The notes beneath the pieces were generated by a model. That model had not been told where the DNA came from. It did not search any database and worked only from the letters and a program-made list of their open reading frames with translations. A DNA stretch of 63,895 nt, counting the filler, from Octopus bimaculoides (lineage: Eukaryota): the NCBI RefSeq assembly GCF_001194135.2. It is 5 parts of 3 records of this genome, joined end to end, with 100 filler letters (N's around TTAATTAATTAA, not from the genome) between each part and the next. Parts side by side here need not be neighbours in the genome. Positions count along the whole stretch, not along the records: positions 1 to 29,244 come from NC_068981.1; 4 more parts are not named here. One strand, written 5' to 3'. The translations under genes were made by a program, and so were the position numbers. Below, piece by piece: positions 13,840 through 24,539 of the stretch (the first letter of the stretch is position 1; each line of letters opens with the position of its first letter).

Positions 13840-14216
13840 CAGAGTTTATCTTCCATTACTTAGGAAAATAACCACACGGGATGATATTGATAAATCGGGT
13901 ATATTTGATCATGTATGGAAAAATGGAGACCATCTCCACCTGTGGTATGAAGTTAAAATAATAGACAGAGAACACCACTGGAAAATATGAAAACTAAAAG
14001 AAGCAGCACATATGCTAGGACACAACAACCTCCTAAGCAGACCGAGTGCAGATATGAGCAGCACATCTGCACTCAGTCTACCTCCGGTATTAAGGAAGGA
14101 CAGGAGAATATTAGATTTATAAGCCCTAAAATTCACTCGAGGGATATGGTGTAGTGGTTAAGAGAGCTGGTACTAACCCCAAGTTGCCGAGCTCGATTCC
14201 AGCTAGTGACCTCAAT

Positions 14217-14251
<35 letters not shown>

Positions 14252-14447
14252 CAATAATAATAATAACAACAACAACATCGAAAAATACCTTAGGAATGAG
14301 AACCTAGGTTCGAAATTTCCCCCATACCTGATGAAGGCTGGAGGGTATATCAGCCGAAACGTTGTGTTAACAACAAACAAGATGAAGGCAAATATCCGTA
14401 AAATGTTAATAATGTGCATAATTCCTCATCTCTTAAATATTGAACTA
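13840..14447 (+). mobile_element. Penelope-like 3' end: GIY-YIG C-terminus, tRNA-like A/B boxes, (AAT)n, hammerhead, tail
   Basis: KSGIFDHVWKNGDHLHLWYEVKIIDREHHWK.KLKEAAHMLGHNNLLSRPS. A box TGGTGTAGTGG at 14147-14157, B-box-like GCTCGATTCC at 14191-14200. Tail homologous to 44465-44585 (+) and 43532-43634 (-). Confidence 0.8.
14323..14368 (+). ncRNA. Minimal type I hammerhead ribozyme
   Basis: CUGAUGA (14328-14334), extra A, stem II GGCUG/CAGCC, GAAA (14356-14359), palindromic AACGUU stem III, site GUU at 14363, short stem I AUAC/GUGU. Confidence 0.75.
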
Positions 14448-15684
14448 TATACACACATATATATATGCATTAATGCACACACACATATACGCACACATGT
14501 ATATTATTAAAGAAGATAAATACGCTATATCTTCATATATACCACATTATTCATTCACTCACATACATATACATCACACCTTTAACGTTAAGACTAAGTG
14601 CTTCCCAATTGGGGATGCCCGCAAAATAAAAAAAATAAAAAAAAGATTTTCTTGCTGAAAATTAGGGACGAGAGCAAATAAAGAACAAAAGAAACAAAAC
14701 GAACAGTCGAGCAAAATACGCCCTTGGGGGTCAAGGAGACGAGAATAGTGGGTAACGTTTAGAAAATATCTTGAAGGACGGAGGACGGAGAAACAGAATT
14801 TGCGACTGGTCAGCTACGGAACCAGCATAAGAAAGGAAGGAAAAGGGGAACATTTGTTGTCATTTATCAAGGAATGGAACGCAACACACACCGAATTTTT
14901 ATTAACAAGTTTTTTATATACCCATGTGACTCTCTCTTGCCTTCATTTTTTCTCCTTTTCTTTCTCTCACCCTCTGACTTCTATTCCAGTCTTTCTACTT
15001 ACTCCTTTTCTCTCCCCGCCTCTTGTATTTGTAGCCTTTATCCTTCCCCTTCGTCCCCATTCCCTTTTGTTTTCTGTTACTCTGTCTTCTTGCTACTTTT
15101 CTCCTCTGCCTGCTGCTGTTACGTGACCAGCGGCCAATTCCCATTTTTCTTCCTTTCTTACACTGGTCCCCTAGCTGACCAGTCTCAAATTCTCTGCCAT
15201 TCAAGCATCATCCACATGAAAAATAAACACCTCACTCCTCGCTTTCATTAACGGAGGAAGTATCTAAAAGAATGTTGTAATGTTAATATAGTTATCTGCA
15301 TATCTTAGGTGAGCATTTTCAATTCGTTCAAAACCAAGTCCCCTTCATGCTACTAAAAATCATTTAGACGTTTGTTTACTTATGAACTCAAACATTTTAC
15401 TTCTTAATTTTGCTTCGTTTTCTGTTTCTTTGCCTAGAGCATATTTTGACTGCCTTATCAATGAACTCAATAACAAATGTGTTTTAAATATATATTTGCA
15501 TCTTATTTTCTTTCTACAACATCTGGCTTAACTCTTTATCATTCATTGAATACACTATTGTGAGACTCAGTGGTATAGATTCTCATAAATTGCCTTATAT
15601 TTCTGAATGATTAATTATTGTTAAGTTTCTTTATCTGGATGTAATATGATATAATTCGTTACTTTAATATTCTCTTTTTAACAG

Positions 15685-16197
15685 ATTGTTGCTCAGATTG
15701 TAACCCTCTTCTTCAACTACAACTTTCAAATATCTTCCCTGTCAACCTGGGATGGTTGTGAAAGACGTGCTGACTGGAAAGTGAAGTACGTCGATATGGT
15801 TATGCAATCCGTAGGCTATAATTACTTTATACCACCAGAAATGGTTCCACCACCAGAATGTGACCCACCCAAGAATGTTGGTATAACACATTGCTCGAAA
15901 TTCAATTCCTCTGCCAGAAAACTTCAAGACACTGCAAACTGTCCTTGGTACATCAGAATTACCCATGATCCCACAATTTTCCCTCCTTATCGTCGTGAAG
16001 CTGTGTGTAGCTGTAAAAAATGTCGGAACTCTACGTCAAATCTCCAATGTGTGGAAGTATTCTCTAACATCACTGTTCTCTCTCGTACAAATGAATGCAT
16101 CGATGGACTATATATGTATAGCCCAAGTGTGGTTCGCGTACCAACAGCCTGCACGTGTGTATTAGCAACGAACGTGATCGTTCCACGTAAAGGTTAA
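15685..16197 (+). CDS. IL17: Interleukin-17-like cytokine, main coding exon (cystine-knot domain)
   Basis: Pyrimidine tract and acceptor (ttctctttttaacag), then an open frame IVAQIVTLFF...CPWYIRITHDPTIFPPYRREAVCSCKKC...CVEVFSNITVLSRTNECIDGLYMYSPSVVRVPTACTCV...KG*. This matches the invertebrate IL-17 motifs CPW-x-I-x-x-DP, EA-x-C-x-C and the terminal CTC. Confidence 0.92.
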   Translation: MVAQIVTLFFNYNFQISSLSTWDGCERRADWKVKYVDMVMQSVGYNYFIPPEMVPPPECDPPKNVGITHCSKFNSSARKLQDTANCPWYIRITHDPTIFPPYRREAVCSCKKCRNSTSNLQCVEVFSNITVLSRTNECIDGLYMYSPSVVRVPTACTCVLATNVIVPRKG

Positions 16198-16246
16198 GCG
16201 ACCTGATCGATTCACATGATGGTTATGAGTCAACAAATGGCCAAGT

Positions 16247-16252
16247 AATAAA
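16247..16252 (+). terminator. Candidate polyadenylation signal of IL-17-like gene
   Basis: AATAAA about 50 nt after the stop codon. Confidence 0.45.
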
Positions 16253-16300
16253 CTGCACATAATGCAAACATTTTTTATGTGTGTATGCGTGCGTGCGTGC

Positions 16301-16331
<31 letters not shown>

Positions 16332-16397
16332 AGTGTGTGTGCGTGCATGTGTCTGTGTGCGTGAGTCTGAGTGTGTACTTTGTACTATTATCTAAAC

Positions 16398-18812
16398 CAG
16401 TGATTCCGAACGTGGTCCCTGGAGCCCACCAGTGGTCCCCAAAGAATTCGTAGCCATAAAAAATTTGAAGAAATTTCGGATCTACACAATATTGTTCGAT
16501 AACAAAGACACTGTTAGTTAATAATGATTTATATGAAGACAGAATAATAATAAAACAAAAATCAATAATTATTCCATGAAAATTAATAATGTATAATATA
16601 TAATCAATATTATTTTACAAGCAAGAATTACATAATTTAAATTTTACAATCACAACAGTTTCATAATAAATTTGATCTTTTTAATAGATCACTACACAAT
16701 ATTGTTTAATAATAAATTTGATACTTTTAATTTATAGAAATAAAGTATTTTTTTTTTAAGATCAGTTGTAATAACGTCTGAACCATCTGCTAAAAAGGCC
16801 AAACTGGGGAACTACAAAGATTTTATCATGTTTAGTTTTGTATCTGTAAACTCAAACCCTATGTGTCTTGAATGTGATACCATCATGACAAATCATTCCA
16901 TGAAGAAAGTTAAGTTCGAACAGCACCAGAAATTAAGGTATCCATCATCTGTTGGTAAAGGTAGGGAATATTTTGAGAATAAAAAGAAAATACAATCAAT
17001 CAAACTACTCGACTTTGTAAAGAAAATAAATACTGAAAAAGCAAAGACACTCAAACCAAGTTATTTGGTCTCTGAAATTATTGCCAAGGTTGCAGCACCT
17101 CAGATTTATGGTGAGAAACTTATCAAGCCTACTATGATAGCTTGTGGAAAAAGATGCTACATCTACTCTGAGTACAATTCCACTTTCAAATAACACAATT
17201 ACAAGAACACAGGATGAAATATCAAATTTTGTTGAAGAGAAGATTGTGGAAATTCTCCAAAAGACAAATTTTTCTATCCAGGTTGATGATAGCACAATTC
17301 ATAACCAAGTTATCCTTCTGGTCTATGTCAGATTCGTCCATGAAAATGATATAAGGGAAGAAATGTTATTCATTAAAAGTTTGTCAGAAACTACTAATGG
17401 ACAAGATATTTTCACTGAAGTAATGCAGTATTTTAATGATAAAAATATTCCTTTGACTAATCTGATCAACATTGCACCAGATGAAGCTGCAGCCATGACT
17501 GGAAAAGTGAAAGGCTTTGTTTCTAGAATGAAATCAGTTGCTCCTCACATTTTTTTATATACATTGCATTAACCACAGACAGCATTTCATTGCTAAGAAT
17601 ATTGGAGGATACATGGAAGAAACACTCAACACTGCCATATATACAATTAACTTTGTCAAATCAAACTCTGTGAATAAAAGATTTTCTATGCAATTCTGTG
17701 AAGATGGAGATTTTAAAACCCTATTGCTTCACACAGAAGTTAGATGGTTGTCAAAAGGCGTGAGCCTTGAAAGACTGGTGAATTTATGGGAACCATTAAA
17801 CAACTTTTTCATGTTCAAGCGTCAGATGACTCATTACAATCCCAAGAAGCAAGCTGATACAGCTAAGAAAATTTTGGAAAGACTTTCTGAGTTTAAATCA
17901 AAAATATTCTACTTGAGTGATATTTTTAAAACAGTGACTCTGCTTAACTTAGAACTGTAAGGTAGAAAATCAGATTTGGTCACCTGTCCTGTTCTCAGAA
18001 GATAAAAGGGTATATGGGGGAAATTAAAATTTTGGAAAAAAACAGTTTGAAAAAAGAAATTTAGCATCATTTCAAAATTTTAACACCACTGTTCCTACAA
18101 TAGAATGCATTGCTGCATGTATTGCCCATCTTGAAGGTCTTCATGTAGACTTTGATAAAAGATACAATGATTTATTAGAGATGGATTATCCACTGGTTTG
18201 TAGACCTAGGAAATTATGAGCTAGGATATGAAAATTTTGAGTTTGTTGAAATGTTGTTGGATTTGTAAGATAATGTGAAACTGAGAAGAAGAGTTGAAAA
18301 AGAAGGTGTCTTTGCCTACATATCGATAAAGGAATCACACCCAAATATTTTTCGACATATAGAAGCAAGCATCATTTCTTTCCCTGCCACATGGATGGTG
18401 GAATCTGCATTTTCATCTGTTGTAAATATTTTAAGTAGAAAAAGAAATAAATTAGATGTCAACAGTAGAGGAACTATCAGACTAAAACTAAATGAGTTCA
18501 TTAAAATTGATTATGATATCTTATGTCAGAAACACCAATATCAAGCTAGTCACTAGTTGAAGGAACTAAAAATGAATGACTTTATGAAAAATGATTTTGA
18601 TATCTTGTGTTTCTCTTTGTTTACTAAAACAAATTTAAAATTTTATTTTTTGTTTGCTAAAATAAATTTTAAACCGTAAATAGTATATTTTGTCTATTCA
18701 TTAAGTATTTTGGCGTGAAAATAGAACGGCATAAAGTAAAAGTAGAAGTGGCCCCTAGAAATTTTTTCAAGTAAAAAATGCTCCCTGGGTTGAAAAAGGT
18801 TGGGAACCTCTG
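16398..18812 (+). mobile_element. Complete hAT (Buster/Charlie-like) DNA transposon with frameshifted transposase
   Basis: Exact 8-bp TSD ATCTAAAC (16390-16397 and 18813-18820) and imperfect TIRs CAGTGATTCCGAAC / CAGAGGTTCCCAAC. BED finger (MCLEC..NHSMK), FSIQVDDST, HCINHRQH, EVRWLS and ESAFS motifs split over several frames. Confidence 0.95.
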
Positions 18813-19338
18813 ATCTAAACGCTATAAACATTTATGTATCTAAAAATAAGTCCATGTTAAATAAATATGTTCTCTCTATACTAATTGATATTCTCAATTA
18901 ATTAGCGAAATTATTACTATATACTAATGTCACTAAATCAGTGATATTTGGTTATTTATACCTTATAGGCATAATATTGTAAACTTTCAGGCTTATTTAA
19001 ACTCATATCATTATCTTGTGTTCGACTAACAGTACGGTGTTGCAATAACAGTAAATTTAAAGTGTTAGGCTCGTAGTAACTGGAGACATCCTACGATCCA
19101 AACAAGTCAATGATTTTGACTTTCATCTATAGAGACTATTAAATAAACATCTATGTAAACTACTATATAATCTGCAATATTTTTCCTCGTGTTGCTTTGT
19201 AAGCACAAAGTAATAATGAGGATGATGAGGTGAACAGACTTATAACGCACTTATTAGGTATGGACCGTCTAATAAATTTGGAAACAGTGGGTAAAATGTA
19301 TCCTTGTAGTAATGGGCGCATTAGGAAATATCCTGTTA

Positions 19339-19864
19339 GCTGATGGAGTGTTAGTAGGGCTTCACCCCCACACCTGCTAGCGATGTGTTGTATATAAAGG
19401 ACGCAGAACGTTGCATCGAAAACCAGCTGGCAGAAAATTTGCCTCGGGTTAAACTAGTTGGTAATATTCACCTGCCACCTTGATGTAGCAACTCGCTCTA
19501 CAGTTCAGTATACGTTACTACTTTATCTCGTCTTGAGATTTTATAACTAGCTACTTTTCTTGTTGCAAATCATTGACCGATGGTCGCTTTGTTTACAGTA
19601 TATTGCTTGCAGAAGCGGATCTCAGCTATCACTCCATTGCGCAGGTGCGCAGGACTGACGAAGAGCTAACTAGTTCGAAACTGGGTCAGTCTCACGTTTC
19701 TTTTTGCTGATGGAGTGTTAGTAGGGGTTCGGTCCTCCTGCTAGCGATGTACTGCATGTAAAGGATGCAGAACCTTGCATCGAAAACCAGCTAGCGGAGA
19801 ATCTGCTTGGGGTTAAAGTAGTAATAACATTCAAGTGCCACTTTGATGAGGCAACTCGCTCTAC
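19339..19864 (+). repeat. Partial tandem repeat, 367-bp period (19339-19501 and 19706-19864), PLE pLTR-like
   Basis: Two diverged ~160-bp copies starting gctgatggagtgttagtaggg and ending gcaactcgctctac, with a hammerhead immediately before the second copy. Confidence 0.85.
19650..19697 (+). ncRNA. Type I hammerhead ribozyme
   Basis: CUGACGA (19655-19661), extra A, stem II GAGC/GUUC with a 6-nt loop, GAAA (19677-19680), stem III ACUG-GGU-CAGU, site GUC at 19691. Stem I has only 2 adjacent pairs. Confidence 0.72.
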
Positions 19865-20399
19865 TGCATATGTATATACATATATATATAAGGAATTAAA
19901 GAAGGAGAATGCGCACACTTTACATAATTTTAATATAGTTTTTTAATATATCTTGTATTGTGTTTGTCGACCGGTTTCGCTTTCGCTAAACATGACATTA
20001 AAATTTATTTAAATACGCTTTTTCTTAAGAAAAAATTTTTTGTCTATGTTGTGTGTGGAGTTTATGAATGAATTATTCAACAAATAGAAAAATTTAAAGA
20101 GAGGTAATTGATTATCTTTATTATTGTGGACAGGGAAGATAATCGTTCATCTTTCGGTGAGAGAATATATATACGTAAAAATTCAAAAACTAGAGTAGTG
20201 GGGAGAAATATGCATAATAATGGGTACATAATCGTTAATTAAAATATGTATAGACATCAATGTTGGTTGTGCGTGCATATTTAAACGTGTTCTGTATTTT
20301 TCGATGAACAATTTTATCTTATTTAAACGTTCTTGGATAGAAATTGTATCGTTGTACTGATAGAAGGGGAGAACTGAAATTTGGTTTGGTATTTATTTG

Positions 20400-21810
20400 T
20401 GAATTAAAGCTACCGTTGATTTCATGTTAAGAAGAGTAGGAGAATATCCAAATATCTTAAAATTTTTAAAGCCGATCACATGGAGAAAGGCCTTCGCCTC
20501 CATTTTGTAAAACATTTCCGTTTCGTTCACGGGATTTCTCTTAACTTATCGTAAATGAAACAATGAATCAGGTGACATTATTCTAGAAGGCATTTTTTTA
20601 AAGCTTGTCTACCTTGGATATGTCTTTTCGGTAAACTTCTTAATTTTTTGTATCAATTGTATGGTCTTGCTCTGGGCACGGTGTTTTGTACTTCTGTATT
20701 GTGGATTGTTTCTTCTTTGTGTGGAGTTTGTGGCATTTCTTCTTTGTTGTGTGAAGTTTGTGTGCTATGTAAGTTCATGTTTATGGAAGGGCTATCCTGG
20801 TATGATTGCCCTCATTTGTAGTTACCCTCATCTATAGAGGGTCTTCTTTAAAGTATTTGAGTGTAAAATATTGCTTATGTATGCAAGGAGAAAAGGTTTC
20901 ATCACTAATGTTTAAGATGTTGTCTGTTGATTGGATAATATTTAATTTAGAGTTCATATTTGGTGCCCGTCCTTTGTATTTTTTTTTGCTTTAGCAAAAT
21001 TTTTCCACTTTATCTAAGGTTTGCTTATATTACCTTCTTTCAGTGTCCATGTTATATTTGATAGGGATGTTGCATGTCTTTTGTTTTTGTATCTAAATGA
21101 CGCAAGGTGTTGCGTATACCTTTCCTTGAACGAGTTTCCCGTCATTCCGATATACGTCTTTGGTATTCCGTTGGGGTCCGTGAACTTGGTCTTGTAAACG
21201 AATTATTTCTCGAAACAGTTCTTGTTTAGAAAGCAGCGGTTTGGATCTGAAGTTGCACTGACTTTCTGTAGCATTTCTGGTGTGTTTATGTATATCGTGA
21301 TTAATTATAATTGACCTTATATTGGGGAGGCAGCTATAGCTAACTTTAACGCTGTTTCTGTTCAAGCACTTGTGGAATTTGTGTGAATGTAGGAAGTGGC
21401 TGTCTATTAGTTTTGAGAAATCCCTAGCTAGGTTACTAGCTACATTCATGCTATAAGGCGGATTGAACCATAAGATTTTTCTCTTCTTAATCTTTTAAGT
21501 CTATTTGTAGCGTATACTATTCTTAAAGTTGGACCTTACTAATGTAGCATTATGATATGGGGCGGCGTTTTTCAAAAGTGTCTTTGTCGACGGCTAATCT
21601 TGTTAACTATTTGTTTAATTACCTCTGCTAATGTAGTGAATGGGGAAAGCTTGGTTTGCAATGCTTGCAGTCGGGTCTGCTTGACAAGAGCAAGGCTCAT
21701 TAACCACAAAGCGAGCAGCAAATACAAAATATTAGTCCTAGGGGGCTCAGTCTTCCTAAAGATCAGCAATGGTCTTCCTCGGTCACGAATGGACGGCCAT
21801 CATATACATA
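20400..21810 (-). mobile_element. Penelope-like retroelement, 5'-truncated (RT end, GIY-YIG, 3' UTR)
   Basis: KILWFNPPYSMNVASNLARDFSKLIDSHF, LNRNSVKVSYSCLPNI, TSLS, and LNISDETFSPCIHKQYFTL are typical PLE motifs. Frameshifted. Confidence 0.88.
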
Positions 21811-21828
21811 AAATCATATACATAGAAC

Positions 21829-21890
21829 TATGTACAAGACGTTTCCTTTTTCCTCTTTCTGACGAGAACTATGATCGAAACATAAAAAAC
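21829..21890 (+). ncRNA. Hammerhead-like core, imperfect stems
   Basis: CUGACGA (21859-21865), stem II GAAC/GAUC with one mismatch, GAAAC (21877-21881). The upstream UAUGU-A can pair with ACAUA. Confidence 0.45.
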
Positions 21891-22431
21891 CACACTCTTT
21901 TTCCACCTTCATTGAGCGTCATGCTAATACACTCCATATGTGTGCCCTTTTGTTGTTTTGTAATTTGTTAATTTTAGTGTTCGATTGTTAGTCTTCAACT
22001 TTTAGGTATTTTTGTTTTATATATCACAGTATCAATGACAGAATTTACATACGCCTAAGCTATAGTGAAGAGTTAGAGATGACAAAAATAACCAATAAAT
22101 AAAAAGGTTTTGCGTTACTTTCGATTCAATTGCTATGTACATGTCAAACGGTCCGCCATTATTGTTGTTAATTCCATCTGTTACAAAATTCTTTTAATTT
22201 ATTCTCCTTACATTGTTTCATTTGAAGATATTCGTTTGGTTTCCAGTTCTATAAGAAAACCTAGAACGGTCGATAACATTACAGAAGTGTATCACGTTGC
22301 GAAACGAATTCAGTAGGGTTTCATCTGTAAAAAAAAACATCACTTTCTGCTTGTTTTCCATTTCCAAGTGAATAATCAGTATAATGAATATAACAACAGT
22401 AAGTAGCACTTCTCATATATGTGCGCGCGTG

Positions 22432-22498
<67 letters not shown>

Positions 22499-22745
22499 NN
22501 NNNNNNNNNNNNNNNNNNNNNNNNNNNNNNNNNNNNNNNNNNNNNNNNNNNNNNNNNNNNNNNNNNNNNNNNNNNNNNNNNNNNNNNNNNNNNNNNNNNN
22601 NNNNNNNNNNNNNNNNNNNNNNNNNNNNNNNNNNNNNNNNNNNNNNNNNNNNNNNNNNNNNNNNNNNNNNNNNNNNNNNNNNNNNNNNNNNNNNNNNNNN
22701 NNNNNNNNNNNNNNNNNNNNNNNNNNNNNNNNNNNNNNNNNNNNN

Positions 22746-22794
<49 letters not shown>

Positions 22795-22954
22795 TCATAA
22801 AATTTGTTAAAAAATAAACTAATTTTGAAAAGGGCAATGATCCTTTCAGTAGAAAAGTTCATTGTCCTTTTCAAAATTAGTTTATTTCTTAAGAAAGGCA
22901 CAATGCCTGAAATTTTTGCGGAGGACCCCAAATTATGTGGACCCCAATATTTCA

Positions 22955-23093
22955 GTGATACTTAATTTATCTGCCCTGAAAGGAGGAAAGGCGAAGTCAA
23001 CCTCGGTAGTATTTGACCTCAGAACGTGAAAGACGGACGAAATACCGGTAGCCATTTTACCTAGCGTGCCAATGGTTCTGCCACGTCACCACC
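22955..23093 (-). mobile_element. SINE (gagctggcagaatcgttagc family)
   Basis: Reverse complement homologous to 39660-39875 and 44673-44885. Confidence 0.8.
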
Positions 23094-23716
23094 TCTATTT
23101 TTTAAGATTAAATTTTCAAATGTATTTTTGCATTTTTACTGACCACTGACGTAAATCGCGTTTCTTTTTCGAAAACTTAGGAGGGTTTATTAAAACAACA
23201 TAATTAGAAATAAACATTTTGCTTCAATTATTAAGATATTTTCGAAGTAACGGCGAAATAATAACATATCCGTAAATCTCTTTTAATTTCCGCGGTCCTT
23301 TTGATTACTATTATAATTTAGATTTAATTTTATACCTTTAAGGATCCAATGTATTATTCAACGGAAATTTGAAGATTGACTTCGCTTCATTTAAGATATA
23401 AATATAATCTGAGATACTTAGGAAATCAATGGTAGTGCAGCCTCTCCTGGAGTCATGACCGCAAAACCCCATCACATTTTGAAGGCCGTGATTTCGAAAA
23501 CTAAGAACAGAAGATAGCTACATATATCTCACGAACACACTAGACAGTGAAATCCTTAAATCGTCATTATTTATCAGCAAGCGTTGATTATGGCATTCTT
23601 CTGGGGGGAACGTAACAAATAATTATCAGGTGTTCAAAAATGTCATCAGCGTACAGTCTACCACCGCGGCAGAAAATAATGCCATGGTGCAACTCTCTAT
23701 TTTGTGTGTTCGTGTG

Positions 23717-23814
<98 letters not shown>

Positions 23815-24539
23815 AATACTACATACACACCGCTCTCTCACTCTGTCTCACACACATACACACGCACACACACACCCCTTGACTCACTTACACTCTGTCT
23901 CTTACAAACACACACATACATAAATATATACAAACATATTTACAAAGACACACTTGTGTATGCGCGCGCGAGCGTGTTTGTAAGAGACAGAGTGTGAGTG
24001 AGTCAAGGGCTGTGTTGTCATATGCATACATCCAAAGATGTATGTATATTTATGCATGTACGTATACATGACAACAAACCTCTTTCTCTCACTCACACTC
24101 TGTCTCTTACAAACACACACATACATAAATGTATACAAACATATTTACAAAGACACACGTGTGTATGCGCGCGCGCCCGTGGGGGTTCCACAATCGCCAT
24201 TTATTTCAATTACTCTTGTGACTATATTCACGTAAATGATTTTTTTCATTTAATCCCCATTTTAATTTTCGTAAAAGTTTCCAAGTACCATTGAGGCTTT
24301 TTGGTACATCTTCAATTTTCCCCATTCATGAGAGGCGCCCAGCCATCATTCATCTGAGAGTCCATCTACAGAATGTCCTCAAATGTCTATACAGCATATT
24401 TTGCCTTTTTTTCTTCAAGTATATAAGCAACGATTTCATTTCCGAGCAACGTCGNNNNNNNNNNATATATATATGTGTGTGTATGTATGTATGTATGTAT
24501 GTATGTATGTATGTATGTTTGTATAACATAATCATTCAG

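Noticed and set aside
14137-14215. Possible tRNA gene (similar heads at 30490, 63595 and 63853)
   Set aside because: Degenerate boxes, no complete cloverleaf, and continuous with repeat bodies; these are tRNA-derived heads.
19963-20005. Minus-strand GCGAAAGC-GAAACCGGUC
   Set aside because: The stem III and GUC half is present but there is no recognisable CUGANGA.
20505-20577. Minus-strand hammerhead remnant CUGA-UUCA...UGAAC-GAAAC in the PLE 3' UTR
   Set aside because: The core appears to lack UGAG, so it is not a functional ribozyme. Kept only as supporting context.
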